Assembly (NCBI GenBank): GCA_021736385.1
Contig: JAIPFY010000004.1
Coordinates: forward strand, 6,112-70,111
Length of the DNA stretch: 64,000 nucleotides
Direction: 5' to 3'
Source of the DNA: Spirochaetia bacterium
Lineage (GTDB): Bacteria; Spirochaetota; Spirochaetia; CAKZLE01
Below the pieces are notes generated by a model. It saw only the letters and a program-made list of their open reading frames with translations. It searched no databases and was not told the DNA's origin. Below, one piece after another: positions 10,146 to 20,489 of the stretch (the first letter of the stretch is position 1; the number at the start of each line of letters is the position of its first letter). The translations under genes and the position numbers were made by a program.

Positions 10146-11468
10146 TTACTCAACGGTAAGTTCCGGGAATGCGTTACGAACCTCGTCCTTGAAACCTTTC
10201 AGGGCTTCTTCTTTCGGGACATCACTGTCTACGTGGAGGCTGATCGCATTGAGCAGCATCTTCTCGATATGCTGATCATATTTCGTCACTTTCGAGACAT
10301 CGATACCCATGGCAGAATCAGCGAAGAATGCGTAGCTGTTCTGTCCACCGAGAAATGGTTCACTGAAGTCATTCTGAACTTTTGCGATGGTCTTCAGATT
10401 ACTGACAAAATCGCCTTTCTCAGTCACATAATCGTTCAGGAACCCCTGATCGAACATGAGGAACTTCACAAACAGCCAAGCCAGTTCAGGGTCCTTCGTG
10501 TTCTCTGAGATACCGTACCATGTGCCTCCCCAGTAGTAGGGCTGTGGACCGGAAGTCAGGCCCCAATCACCTGAATACTGTGATGGATCCTTCACATCGG
10601 GTTCAGCGCCGGGTTTGAGTTCATAGTGCAACCCCCAGGTAGGTAGAATATAGCTCATCACTGAGCCATCTGCCATCACTGAATACCATGAAGGATCACT
10701 TGGATCGGCTTTGGCACTCAGATCGTTATCCCGAATCTCCTTTGCCAGATCGAAGTAGTCCAGGATCACCTGATCTACGTAGAGCTTCCCATCCTTGACC
10801 CAGGGATTGGTTCGTGCATTGAAGGGGAACCATCTGAGGTCCTTCCAGCTAGCAAACAGATGTACCGTGTTGTCACTGTCATCACGGATCTTTGCTGCAA
10901 GATCAAGGTAGTCTTCCATGCTGGTCATCATCTTACCCACTTCAGCAGGATCATCGGTTCCCAGATAGTCTTGTGCAAGGCTTCTTCGGTAGAAGATACC
11001 ACCGGGGGTTGCCTGATTTGAAAGAGCACGCAGGACTCCGTTTGCATCTCTTCCCATATCTACCACATAGGGGATCAGATCATGTGTGAGTGCGTCAGCA
11101 TGGTAGGGAGCACTCCCGATATCGGCCCATACCCCGGCATCGATCCACTGCTTGATGAATGAGACCTCAGCAGAGAACACATCCGGTGCATTGTTGGCTG
11201 ATGCAGCGGAATTGATCTTTGTGATATAATTCTGGCCTCCGCTGATGTGGGTGAAATTCACCTTCACATTCGGGTACACTTCATTGAATTTCTCGATCTG
11301 GTATTCGGGTTCATTGGTGAATGACCAGACTGAGATCTCTCCTGTGTATTCAGACGGGGCTTTTTCGCTAAAAGCGGTGACTTGTGACTTCGGTTCCTGC
11401 TGCCCGGCAGCAAAAACCAGTGCTGTTACACATAGCAGCATAGCAGTGATAACCAGTACTCTTTTCAT
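10146..11468 (-). CDS. Extracellular solute-binding lipoprotein (family 1) of the CUT1 sugar ABC transporter
   Basis: 440 aa. Signal peptide MKRVLVITAMLLCVTALVFAAG. AAGGAG RBS. First gene of the minus-strand operon SBP-permease-permease-GH. Confidence 0.85.
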   Translation of the reverse strand: MKRVLVITAMLLCVTALVFAAGQQEPKSQVTAFSEKAPSEYTGEISVWSFTNEPEYQIEKFNEVYPNVKVNFTHISGGQNYITKINSAASANNAPDVFSAEVSFIKQWIDAGVWADIGSAPYHADALTHDLIPYVVDMGRDANGVLRALSNQATPGGIFYRRSLAQDYLGTDDPAEVGKMMTSMEDYLDLAAKIRDDSDNTVHLFASWKDLRWFPFNARTNPWVKDGKLYVDQVILDYFDLAKEIRDNDLSAKADPSDPSWYSVMADGSVMSYILPTWGLHYELKPGAEPDVKDPSQYSGDWGLTSGPQPYYWGGTWYGISENTKDPELAWLFVKFLMFDQGFLNDYVTEKGDFVSNLKTIAKVQNDFSEPFLGGQNSYAFFADSAMGIDVSKVTKYDQHIEKMLLNAISLHVDSDVPKEEALKGFKDEVRNAFPELTVE

Positions 11469-11482
11469 AACCTTCTCCTTAT

Positions 11483-11494
11483 TTACACGTGTTA
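11483..11494. promoter_or_regulatory. Operator half-palindrome TTACACGTGTTA next to the SBP RBS (putative LacI-family operator 1)
   Basis: Core ACACGTGT palindrome directly upstream of the AAGGAG RBS of the minus-strand SBP gene. Confidence 0.45.
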
Positions 11495-11530
11495 TATTCT
11501 ATAAATACTTAACTTGAATCATGTAAAGTA

Positions 11531-11559
11531 TTGACAGTTACACGTGTAACTATTACTAT
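11531..11559 (+). promoter_or_regulatory. Sigma-70-type promoter TTGACA-17-TACTAT with embedded perfect 16-bp palindrome AGTTACACGTGTAACT (putative LacI-family operator 2)
   Basis: Perfect -35 hexamer. The palindrome (11536-11551) occupies the spacer. Upstream of the LacI-family regulator / GH43 operon. Confidence 0.55.
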
Positions 11560-11646
11560 AGGATGAGCAGCCACAAATGTCAAGTTTTAATTTTGCACAT
11601 GTACAATGGGGGGAACTCATGTATACTGTATTCAGGAGAAGAGGGG

Positions 11647-12663
11647 ATGGTGAAAACGACTCGCAACGATGTTGCCCGACTGGCTGAGGTGTCACCTGCG
11701 ACTGTATCGCATGTCATAAACAATACGAAACCGGTCTCTGAGGATCTCCGTATACGTGTGGAACAGGCTATTGAGACCCTGAACTATATACCCAACAGCA
11801 TTGCACGCAGTATGAAGACGAACAGATCGATGCAGGTCGGTCTGGTACTGAGCAACATGGAGAACCCGATCTATGCCGAGTTCGTCAAAGGGTTCGAAGC
11901 AACAGCAGCTCTATACGCATATACGGTGAATATCTGTACGGGGTATGAGGACACGCGGGAGTATTTCAATAAGATCATTCTGAATCGTTGGGACGGTGTT
12001 CTCATAGAGCCTCTGCCTCGACAGCTGAAGACCGGCATCATCGAGCAGCTGCTCGATAAGCAGATCAAAGTGGTGCTGTATAATGATACAGGATTCAGAG
12101 ATCCCAGATGTTCGTTTCTCCGGAATGACTATCTCGGTGGTGTACAGGATACTATGGATCATCTGCTCTCTCTGGGGCATCGTGCGATCGCGTATGTGAC
12201 CGGACTCTCTCCAGATGTCGGCAGCAGTGAAGCCCGTTATGCCGCATATGAACGTATCTGTGCTGAGCGGCAGCTGACTCCGATCATCATCCAGTCCCCT
12301 GAGGCAACAGCCATGACGCTCAGATCCGGATATGAGATGGGTCCTCAGGTATTCGCACAGCTGGAGACCTTCACCGCCTGTATCTGTACCAATGACCTGC
12401 TGGCCATGGGTATTGCCACCTATCTGAAAGAGCAGCAGGTGCAGATCCCCCGGGACATCTCCATCGCCGGCATCGATGATAATATCTACTGTGATTATTT
12501 TACTCCAAGACTGACTTCGATCCATGTTGATAACTATGAGATGGGTTCGCTGGCTTTCAACATCCTCTATCATGATATCCAGCATCACAGCGCTCAGGAT
12601 AGGCTCATACCCATGAAACTCGTCATCAGAGAGTCAACAGCACAGAAGAGGGATACACTATGA
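11647..12663 (+). CDS. LacI family transcriptional regulator
   Basis: N-terminal HTH (NDVARLAEVSPATVSHVIN) and periplasmic-binding-fold effector domain. ATG at 11647 chosen over the longer ORF start. Stop overlaps the GH43 start (ATGA). Confidence 0.85.
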   Translation: MVKTTRNDVARLAEVSPATVSHVINNTKPVSEDLRIRVEQAIETLNYIPNSIARSMKTNRSMQVGLVLSNMENPIYAEFVKGFEATAALYAYTVNICTGYEDTREYFNKIILNRWDGVLIEPLPRQLKTGIIEQLLDKQIKVVLYNDTGFRDPRCSFLRNDYLGGVQDTMDHLLSLGHRAIAYVTGLSPDVGSSEARYAAYERICAERQLTPIIIQSPEATAMTLRSGYEMGPQVFAQLETFTACICTNDLLAMGIATYLKEQQVQIPRDISIAGIDDNIYCDYFTPRLTSIHVDNYEMGSLAFNILYHDIQHHSAQDRLIPMKLVIRESTAQKRDTL

Positions 12664-14129
12664 CGTTTGCGAATCCAGTGAACCCGGGGTTCTATCCAGA
12701 TCCCAGTATCTGCAGGCGAGGAGATGACTATTTCATGGTACACAGCTCGTTCGAATACTTCCCTGCCGTACCGTTGTTTCACAGCAGGGATCTGGTCAAC
12801 TGGCAGTGCATCGGTCATGTGCTTGACCGGCTCTCACAGCTTGATCTGCATGCCCGACCCTCTTCCTGCGGCATATTCGCTCCATCGATACGCTACCACG
12901 ATCATGTATTCTATATGATCACGACAGATGTCAGAGGAAGCGGTCATTTCTTCGTCACTACGGAAGATCCGTTCGGCAGCTGGTCCGATCCGATCCATGT
13001 AGAAGGCAGCGGATTCGACCCGGATCTGTTCTTTGATGATGATGGAAGGATCTACTTCGTGCGTGAGGATATACAAGGGCATGGTATCAGGATGTGGGAG
13101 ATCGATATCAGCAACGGCAGACTCCTCGGGGATGAGATGCTGATCTGGGATGGGTTCGAAGACAGGTTGTGTGAAGGACCCCATATCTACAGGATCGGCT
13201 CCTGGTATTATCTGCTTGCTGCTGAAGGGGGCACCTATCGTGGCCATATGATCACATGTGCCAGAAGCAGGAGTGTGACCGGTCCATATCTCTCGTGTCC
13301 TCACAACCCTCTGCTCACTCACCGGCATATGGTCCTTGATCCCATCCAGTCACTCGGCCATGGTGATCTGCTGCAGGCTCATGATGGATCCTGGTGGCTG
13401 ATGTGTCTTGGGACCAGACCCTCCGGTGCCCATCACTATCTGGGAAGAGAGACCTTCCTGTTCCCGGTGACCTGGGATGAGAACCAGTGGCCCCATATCG
13501 ATCCGATGCTTGCCTGCGGCTCTGAGCTTCCGGCCTTCGCATCCGAGCAGCACCTTGACACCTCGGTTCATGAAGATTTCTCACATGAGAGGGTATGTCA
13601 CTACCTGTGTTCCAGAAGGACTCCTATCAGCCAGATAGCAGTGCATGATCGGAAGAATCACAGATTGCAGCTCCTGGCTCCTGAGTACGATCCTGAGTCC
13701 ATCGATCCATTCTCCTTCATCGGCCTGAGGATCAGGGATCCGCAGTGTACGCTCACTGTAGAACTGGCGAGCGTATCAATGGATGCAGGCCTGATGATCC
13801 TTATGGATGAGAAGCATTATTACAGCCTGTCTCTGAACGCTCCTGATTCCTGCTGTCTGAAGAAGGTGCTGGGAGATCATATCTGTGATATCCGATATAC
13901 CCAGATCGAAAAGAGGCCTGTCCATCGGTTCTCCGTCTCTCTTGCCCATGATCTCTGCTCCTTCTCTCTGGATGGGGAACCGGTCGGGGACGCTGAAGCA
14001 AAACTGATCTCGAGCGAGGTCGCCGACTCTTTCACAGGATTGACTGCAGGGATCTATCACGCACAGAACGGGATACAGGAACCTCTGGTCTGTACACAAC
14101 TGGTATATGAGGCTCTTCCTTCTCTGTAG
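12660..14129 (+). CDS. Glycoside hydrolase family 43 (beta-xylosidase / alpha-L-arabinofuranosidase-like), cytoplasmic
   Basis: N-terminus NPVNPGFYPDPSICRRGDDYFMVHSSFEYFPAVPLFHSRDLVNWQ is the classic GH43 five-bladed propeller start. 489 aa with C-terminal beta-sandwich. Confidence 0.9.
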   Translation: MTFANPVNPGFYPDPSICRRGDDYFMVHSSFEYFPAVPLFHSRDLVNWQCIGHVLDRLSQLDLHARPSSCGIFAPSIRYHDHVFYMITTDVRGSGHFFVTTEDPFGSWSDPIHVEGSGFDPDLFFDDDGRIYFVREDIQGHGIRMWEIDISNGRLLGDEMLIWDGFEDRLCEGPHIYRIGSWYYLLAAEGGTYRGHMITCARSRSVTGPYLSCPHNPLLTHRHMVLDPIQSLGHGDLLQAHDGSWWLMCLGTRPSGAHHYLGRETFLFPVTWDENQWPHIDPMLACGSELPAFASEQHLDTSVHEDFSHERVCHYLCSRRTPISQIAVHDRKNHRLQLLAPEYDPESIDPFSFIGLRIRDPQCTLTVELASVSMDAGLMILMDEKHYYSLSLNAPDSCCLKKVLGDHICDIRYTQIEKRPVHRFSVSLAHDLCSFSLDGEPVGDAEAKLISSEVADSFTGLTAGIYHAQNGIQEPLVCTQLVYEALPSL

Positions 14130-14329
14130 CAGCATCCTCCGATCATCCCCCTCAATGAGATCACCCTGCCATGTCAGGAGCCCGGCTGATGCTGGAGCTC
14201 CTTCTCTGCCATGTCGTGAGCAGCATCCTGCCTCCCTTCCTGCATGGGCTCTGAGGTGCACATCTTTTTACCTCTTTTTTTCATGCATCTTTGAGAATTC
14301 CCTCTTGCATTTCATATCAACTCGTCATA

Positions 14330-14384
14330 CTATAGAAAGCATAAAGAAAGTAAATAGAAAGTATATAGAAAGAATATAGAAAGG
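14330..14384 (+). repeat. Five tandem direct repeats with exact 11-bp phasing (core TAGAAAG/AAGAAAG) immediately upstream of the DeoR regulator gene
   Basis: Cores at 14333, 14344, 14355, 14366 and 14377. The last repeat abuts the RBS. Confidence 0.7.
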
Positions 14385-14394
14385 TTGATATGGC

Positions 14395-15147
14395 ATGATC
14401 GGATTAAGCAGTAGAGAGAACCAGATACTGGAGACCTTGCGGAACGGGGAGAAGAACTCTGTTTCAGAGCTGAGTCATGAGCTGGGTGTCTCTGTTGTCA
14501 CGATCAGGGCTGATCTCAAGTCCATGGAAGAGAAGGGGGTCATCGTCCGCACACGGGGAGGGGCCATCCCTGCATTCCATCCGGAGATGATGGACAGGAT
14601 CGGCAGCAGGACTCCTGAGAAGGAGCGGATAGCAAAAGCTGCTGCAGACCTGGTCAAGGACGGCGATAAGATCATGATCACCAACGGGACGACCTCGGCC
14701 CTGGTCGGCCGATACCTGCTCGGGAGGCGTGATGTGCAGATCGTGACCAACTCGACCCTGCTGCTCCCCTATGCACGGGTGAACCCGAATCTGAACATCA
14801 CCTTTGTCGGAGGTGAGTTCAGACCATCGGCAGAAGCGCTGGTAGGACCTGAAGCTATCCATCGTATCGATCAGTTCCATGTCTCGATGACCATCACCGG
14901 GACTGACGGGGTGACCTCCGAACATGGGCTCACGACCCATCTGGTGGAAAGTGCTGAGATCGTCCGTAAGATGTGCGAACAGGCAGAGACACGGGTACTG
15001 GTGGTTGATTCATCGAAGTTCGGGAAGAAGGGGTTCGTGAAGATCCTGCCGCTCGAAGCGATCGATATCATCATCACCGATACCGGTCTTGATCAGCAGA
15101 CCGCAGAGAGCATCGAGAAGCTGGGAATAGAAGTACACAGGGTCTGA
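14395..15147 (+). CDS. DeoR/GlpR family transcriptional regulator
   Basis: N-terminal HTH (RENQILETLRNGEKNSVSELSHELGVSVVTIRADL) and C-terminal DeoR sugar-phosphate sensor domain. Confidence 0.85.
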   Translation: MIGLSSRENQILETLRNGEKNSVSELSHELGVSVVTIRADLKSMEEKGVIVRTRGGAIPAFHPEMMDRIGSRTPEKERIAKAAADLVKDGDKIMITNGTTSALVGRYLLGRRDVQIVTNSTLLLPYARVNPNLNITFVGGEFRPSAEALVGPEAIHRIDQFHVSMTITGTDGVTSEHGLTTHLVESAEIVRKMCEQAETRVLVVDSSKFGKKGFVKILPLEAIDIIITDTGLDQQTAESIEKLGIEVHRV

Positions 15148-15180
15148 TACAGACCCTGTCAGTTATAAGGAGAATGAAAT

Positions 15181-16548
15181 ATGGCAAAGCAGATCCTGAT
15201 GCCCAAACAGGGTAATTCAGTAGAATCATGCATCATCCTTGAGTGGAAGATCAAAGAGGGTGACAGCATAGCGACAGGAGATGTCATCTGTGAAGTGGAG
15301 ACAGATAAAGCGACCATAGAGGTCGAAGCCACCGCAGAGGGAACCGTTCTGAAGCTGCTCTACAGTGCAGATGACGATGTCCCGGTACAGGTCCCGATCG
15401 CTATCGTGGGAGAACCCGGAGAAGATATCTCATCGCTGGTCAGCGGTGAAGAGCCCCCGGCTGCTGAAGAAGAGCCCGAAACACCAGTCCCCGATGACAG
15501 GATCGCGATCGCGCAGGCCTCACCTGCATCGTCTTCACCGATCCCTGCAGGAACTGGTTTTGCCTCACCACGGGCAAAGATGCTTGCAGCGAAACGAGGT
15601 ATCGATGCCTCCGTGCTGACAGGGAGCGGACCGAAAGGGCGGGTGATCGAGCGTGATGTGGCTGCAGCAGAAGCCGGAAGAGCTCCTCTGACACCGACTG
15701 CCAGAGAGCTGATGGCAAAAGAACAACTCAGTGCACCGGAATCAGGCTCAGGCATCGGCGGACGTGTCGTCGCTGCTGACCTGTTGACCTCACGATCACA
15801 GCAGCTGGATGAAGCACAGGTAGAGACGGTGACAAGTGCCCTCGGATTCCCCGGACCTGTGGTGAAGACACCGGTACGGAGTGTCCGGAAGATCACTGCA
15901 CAGCGGATGAGAGAATCACTGGCAGTCTCTGCACAGCTGACTCTCAACAGTGCCGCTGATGCGACAGCCCTCAAGGCGCTCAGAGCACGGCTGAAGCAGA
16001 GCGACCCGAAACTCGGGCTCAACAATATCACCATCAACGATCTGGTACTCTATGTTGTGGCAAAGACCCTCAAGGAGTACCCGTCGATCAATTCACACTT
16101 CCTTGGCGATACCATCGTCGAGTTCGAGCACGTACACCTCGGGTGTGCGGTGGATACCCCGAAAGGACTCATGGTCCCGGTGATCCGATACGCTGACCTG
16201 ATGAGCCTCAAAGCACTCTCTGATACTGCCAAGGGGCTGATCAACAACTCGCTGGAGGGAAAGGCCGCACCTGAGGACCTGCAGGGTGGGACCTTCACCG
16301 TGACCAATCTGGGAGCTCTGGGAATCGACAGCTTCACTCCGGTACTCAATGTACCCGAGACGGCTATCCTCGGAGTCTGTACCATACAGCAGCGACCGGT
16401 CGAGACACCCTCCGGTGTCCAGTTCGTTCCCTATCTGGGATTATCACTGACCTTCGACCATCAGGCCTTCGACGGAGCTCCGGCAGCACGATTTCTCAAG
16501 GCGCTGAGCGAGAATATCAAGAATATCGACCTGTTGATGGCACGATAA
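15181..16548 (+). CDS. Dihydrolipoamide acyltransferase E2 component of a 2-oxoacid (acetoin/pyruvate-type) dehydrogenase complex
   Basis: Lipoyl domain with ETDKATIEVEA. Ala/Pro-rich linkers. Peripheral subunit-binding domain. Catalytic domain with DHQAFDGA motif. AAGGAG RBS. Confidence 0.9.
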   Translation: MAKQILMPKQGNSVESCIILEWKIKEGDSIATGDVICEVETDKATIEVEATAEGTVLKLLYSADDDVPVQVPIAIVGEPGEDISSLVSGEEPPAAEEEPETPVPDDRIAIAQASPASSSPIPAGTGFASPRAKMLAAKRGIDASVLTGSGPKGRVIERDVAAAEAGRAPLTPTARELMAKEQLSAPESGSGIGGRVVAADLLTSRSQQLDEAQVETVTSALGFPGPVVKTPVRSVRKITAQRMRESLAVSAQLTLNSAADATALKALRARLKQSDPKLGLNNITINDLVLYVVAKTLKEYPSINSHFLGDTIVEFEHVHLGCAVDTPKGLMVPVIRYADLMSLKALSDTAKGLINNSLEGKAAPEDLQGGTFTVTNLGALGIDSFTPVLNVPETAILGVCTIQQRPVETPSGVQFVPYLGLSLTFDHQAFDGAPAARFLKALSENIKNIDLLMAR

Positions 16549-16573
16549 CGAAAAAGAAGTAAGGAGCATACAT

Positions 16574-17911
16574 ATGAGCATATATGATCTGATCGTCATC
16601 GGCGCCGGACCCGGCGGGTACGTGGCAGCTGAACGTGCAGGAGCACTTGGCAAGCGAGTCCTGCTCATAGAGAAAGCAGAGATGGGAGGAGTCTGTACCA
16701 ACTGGGGATGTATCCCTACGAAGTCGCTCCTGAACTCTGCGAAACACCTTGTCCATGCACAGGAGAGCAGTAAGTACGGAGTACACTGCGGGGATGTGAC
16801 TTTCGAACTCTCCGAGGCTATGGCCTGGAAGGATGAGGTCGTCCAGACCCTTCGTTCTGGGATCACCTTTCTGATGAAGAAGCACAACGTGGAAGTGGTC
16901 GCAGGTGAGGCCGTATGTATTGACCGAAATCATGTGGCAGTCGGGGAGACGGTCTATGAGTGCACCAACCTCATCATAGCGACCGGTTCATCCCCGTTCG
17001 TACCCCCGATCCCCGGGGTGGAGAACGAGCTGGTCATGACCAGCAAGCAGATCCTCTCCATCGATCGTATCCCCCGTAAGCTTGCAGTGATCGGAGGAGG
17101 AGTCATCGGTATGGAATTCGGATCACTGTTCAGCTCGATCGGCAGTGAAGTGACGGTCATCGAGATGATGCCGGAGATCCTTCCCATGATGGATGGTGAG
17201 TTCGCGAAGCTGATGCGCAGGGAGATGAAGAAGATCACCTGTAAGACCAGCTGCAGGGTCGAAGAGATCCTGCCTGACGGACTGGTCTATACAGATAAGA
17301 AAGGTAAGAGACAACAGCTCGAAGCTGATGCGGTACTGCTGAGTGTTGGAAGAAGACCGAACACAGGGGGGCTCAAGGAGCTGGGGCTGGATATAGATCG
17401 GACAGGAGTGGTCGTCGATCAGTACATGAGGACCAATCTCCCGGGAGTCTATGCGATCGGTGATGTCAATGGCAGATCCCTGCTGGCACACTCTGCCTCA
17501 AGGATGGCTGACGTGGCGATCTCCCATATGTTCGGCACCCCGCAGCAGATGCGCTACCATGCGATCCCGTGGGCCATCTATACCCTGCCGGAAGCTGCCG
17601 GATGCGGTATGACCGAAGAGGACGCCAAGAAGAACGGCCACAGAGTGATCAGTGCCTCGGCACAGATGCGATCGAACGGCAGATTCCTTGCAGAACACGG
17701 TAAACGTGCAGGGGGGTTGTGTAAAGTCGTAGCCGATGCCGACAGCAGAGTGATCCTCGGGATCCATCTGCTCGGGGCAGTGAGCAGTGAGATGATCCAC
17801 AGTGCATCTGTGATCATTGAGTCAGAACTGAGAATACAGGACGTACAGGAGATAGTCTTCCCGCACCCGAGTGTCTCAGAGATCATCAAAGACGTCTGTT
17901 TCGAGCTGTAG
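16574..17911 (+). CDS. lpdA: Dihydrolipoyl dehydrogenase E3
   Basis: FAD motif GAGPGG. Redox-active disulfide [14 protein letters not shown]-terminal dimerisation domain. Confidence 0.9.
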   Translation: MSIYDLIVIGAGPGGYVAAERAGALGKRVLLIEKAEMGGVCTNWGCIPTKSLLNSAKHLVHAQESSKYGVHCGDVTFELSEAMAWKDEVVQTLRSGITFLMKKHNVEVVAGEAVCIDRNHVAVGETVYECTNLIIATGSSPFVPPIPGVENELVMTSKQILSIDRIPRKLAVIGGGVIGMEFGSLFSSIGSEVTVIEMMPEILPMMDGEFAKLMRREMKKITCKTSCRVEEILPDGLVYTDKKGKRQQLEADAVLLSVGRRPNTGGLKELGLDIDRTGVVVDQYMRTNLPGVYAIGDVNGRSLLAHSASRMADVAISHMFGTPQQMRYHAIPWAIYTLPEAAGCGMTEEDAKKNGHRVISASAQMRSNGRFLAEHGKRAGGLCKVVADADSRVILGIHLLGAVSSEMIHSASVIIESELRIQDVQEIVFPHPSVSEIIKDVCFEL

Positions 17912-17961
17912 AGCAGCAAGGAAGCAGAGCAGCATATATATACCAGAGGAGAGAACGAACC

Positions 17962-20415
17962 ATGCCTAGAACGATAACAGTGGATCCGGTAGCGATCCGA
18001 AAGAGCGATAGTGTGAAGATCAATCCGATCCCGGTCAATCAGTACAAACCGGATATCAAAGCGGAAGTGAAGAAGTACGGGAAAGAGGGTCTCAAGCGCA
18101 TGTACTACGACATGCTGATGATCAGAGAGTTCGAGGACATGCTCGACCAGATCAAGCGTGAGGGTTCCTATCAGGGGATGACCTATGACCATCGAGGACC
18201 TGCACACCTCTCAGCCGGACAGGAATCTGCCGCTGTGGGACAGTGTGTCAACCTCATGCCCGAAGATCACATCTTCGGCTCTCACCGAAGTCATGGAGAG
18301 ATCCTGGCAAAGTGCTTCTCTGCGATCCAGAAGCTCGATGATGATGCCCTGGAACTGATCATGAAGGAGTTCATGGATGGGGATGTCCTGTCTGTGGTAG
18401 AGACCCACTTCGCAGGAACGAGCGTCAAGGACCGTGCAGAGAACTTCGTCCTCTATGGGGCATTAGCTGAGATCTTTGCACGAAAGACCGGGTTCAGCCG
18501 CGGACTCGGCGGTTCGATGCACACCTTCTTCGCTCCCTTCGGCAGTATGCCGAACAATGCCATCGTCGGCGGAAGTGGGGATATCGCGGTAGGTGCAGCA
18601 CTCTATAAGAAGATCAACAAGAGACCGGGGATCGTCATTGCCAACATCGGTGATGCGGCAATGGCCTGCGGCCCGGTATGGGAAGGGTTGATGCTTGCTG
18701 CGATGGACCAGTACCACACCCTCTGGGGTGACCGTGCAGGTGCACCTCCCTATATGCTCAATGTCTTCAACAACTTCTATGGGATGGGCGGACAGACCTC
18801 CGGAGAGACCATGGGCTACGGGATCCCGGCACGAATAGGAGCCGGAGTCAATGCAGATGGCATGCATGCAGAACGAGTCGATGGTTTCAACCCGCTGGCT
18901 GTCGCAGATGCCATCGAACGTAAACGGAAGCTGATGCTCGAGGGGAAAGGACCTGTCCTGATGGATACGATCACCTACCGCCTCTCCGGGCACTCCCCGT
19001 CTGATGCCTCATCCTATCGAACGAAAGAAGAGGTTGACTCCTTCAAAGAACATGATGCTATCCCTGCATTCGCCGATTACCTGCAGAAGAACGGCATCAT
19101 CACCGAAGAAGAGATCGCCTCCTATAAGGAACAGATCACCGCTAAGATCACCACGACCATGAGACTTGCGATCGATGATGAGATCTCCCCGAGAGTGGAC
19201 GGGGCATTCATCGAATCCGTGATGTTCTCGAATGGTTCTGTAGAAGCCTTCGGTGCAGGTGAGGCTGAACTGCTCACACCGATCGAAGAGAACATACGAG
19301 TCCAGCAGATCGCCAAAAAGACAAGGACTGCCACGGTCGGTGGGAAGAAGGTACCGGCTGCACGCATGTACGCCTACCGGGATGCGATCTTCGAGGCCAT
19401 GCTCCACCGCTTTGCAATAGACCCGACCATGGTCGCCTACGGCGAGGAGAACCGGGACTGGGGTGGTGCATTCGCCTGTTACCGAGGACTGACCGAGATC
19501 CTTCCCTATCACCGACTCTTCAACTCACCGATCTCAGAAGCCTCTATCGTCGGCAGCGGTGTCGGGTATGCCTTAAGTGGTGGACGTGCTGTGGTAGAAC
19601 TGATGTACTGTGACTTCATGGGAAGAGCAGGGGATCAGATCTTCAACCAGATGCCCAAATGGCAGGCGATGAGTGCCGGTGTCCTGAAGATGCCGCTGGT
19701 ACTTCGCGTATCGGTCGGGAACAAGTACGGTGCCCAGCACTCACAGGACTGGACCGCCCTGACCGGCCATATCCCGGGACTGAAAGTCATGTTCCCATCG
19801 ACCCCCTATGATGCGAAGGGCATGCTGAACCTGGCCCTGAGAGGTACCGACCCGGTAGTCTTCTTCGAGAGCCAGAAACTCTATGGTATCGGAGAGGAGT
19901 TCGAGAAGGACGGCGTACCGGAGGGGTATTATGAAGTGCCCGAGGGAGAGCCTGCGGTACGCAGAACGGGGACCGACGTCACGATCATCACCATCGGTGC
20001 GACCCTGTATCCTGCCATCGATGCTGCGAAGCTGCTGGAAGAGACCTATGGGATGAGTGCAGAAGTCATTGACCTGAGATTCATCAACCCGCTGAACTAT
20101 GGACCGCTGGTGGAATCGGTGAAGAAGACCGGCAGAGTGCTGCTGACCTCAGATGCCAGTGAGCGAGGGTCCTTCCTCCACACGGTGGCATCGAACCTCG
20201 GCCGACTGGCCTTTGATTACCTTGATGCACCTCCTGTGGTGCTCGGGTCAAGGAACTGGATCACTCCGCCGGCTGAGATGGAAGACTACTACTTCCCCAC
20301 AGCGAAGTGGATGCTCGATGCCATCCATGAGCAGATCATTCCGCTCAAAGGGCATGCAGTGACCACAGTACAGACTGATGGGGAGTTCATCAGAACACAG
20401 CGTTCAGGCGTATAA
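17962..20415 (+). CDS. Fused E1 alpha-beta component (TPP-dependent 2-oxoacid/acetoin dehydrogenase E1)
   Basis: 817 aa. N-terminal TPP-binding alpha module ([13 protein letters not shown]). C-terminal transketolase-like beta module. GAGGAG RBS. Gene order E2-E3-E1. Confidence 0.85.
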   Translation: MPRTITVDPVAIRKSDSVKINPIPVNQYKPDIKAEVKKYGKEGLKRMYYDMLMIREFEDMLDQIKREGSYQGMTYDHRGPAHLSAGQESAAVGQCVNLMPEDHIFGSHRSHGEILAKCFSAIQKLDDDALELIMKEFMDGDVLSVVETHFAGTSVKDRAENFVLYGALAEIFARKTGFSRGLGGSMHTFFAPFGSMPNNAIVGGSGDIAVGAALYKKINKRPGIVIANIGDAAMACGPVWEGLMLAAMDQYHTLWGDRAGAPPYMLNVFNNFYGMGGQTSGETMGYGIPARIGAGVNADGMHAERVDGFNPLAVADAIERKRKLMLEGKGPVLMDTITYRLSGHSPSDASSYRTKEEVDSFKEHDAIPAFADYLQKNGIITEEEIASYKEQITAKITTTMRLAIDDEISPRVDGAFIESVMFSNGSVEAFGAGEAELLTPIEENIRVQQIAKKTRTATVGGKKVPAARMYAYRDAIFEAMLHRFAIDPTMVAYGEENRDWGGAFACYRGLTEILPYHRLFNSPISEASIVGSGVGYALSGGRAVVELMYCDFMGRAGDQIFNQMPKWQAMSAGVLKMPLVLRVSVGNKYGAQHSQDWTALTGHIPGLKVMFPSTPYDAKGMLNLALRGTDPVVFFESQKLYGIGEEFEKDGVPEGYYEVPEGEPAVRRTGTDVTIITIGATLYPAIDAAKLLEETYGMSAEVIDLRFINPLNYGPLVESVKKTGRVLLTSDASERGSFLHTVASNLGRLAFDYLDAPPVVLGSRNWITPPAEMEDYYFPTAKWMLDAIHEQIIPLKGHAVTTVQTDGEFIRTQRSGV

Positions 20416-20428
20416 CACTATGATGATC

Positions 20429-20474
20429 GGCAGCACCGGTTCACTGTCCATGGTGAGGCAGAACCGGTGCTGCC
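20429..20474 (+). terminator. Perfect 13-bp inverted repeat hairpin after the E1 gene
   Basis: GGCAGCACCGGTT-20nt-AACCGGTGCTGCC followed by TTCGTG. Weak U-tail, so possibly a partial terminator. Confidence 0.45.
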
Positions 20475-20489
20475 TTCGTGAGGGACTAT

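Noticed and set aside
13315-14261. Arg/Gly-rich minus-strand ORFs overlapping the GH43 gene 3' half and its downstream region
   Set aside because: Overlaps a strong GH43 gene. No domain signal. GC-rich antisense frame.
14330-14384. Considered whether the 11-bp repeats could be a degenerate CRISPR or iteron array
   Set aside because: Units are only 11 bp with no spacers and sit in a promoter-proximal position. Much more consistent with a transcription-factor binding array than CRISPR or a plasmid origin.
15360-16037. 225-aa antisense ORF (Ala/Ser/Gly-rich) inside the E2 gene, and similar ORFs at 15440-15718 and 16050-16385
   Set aside because: They lie wholly antisense to a high-confidence E2 gene, have low-complexity GC-driven composition and no RBS. 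Typical spurious ORFs in GC-rich coding DNA.
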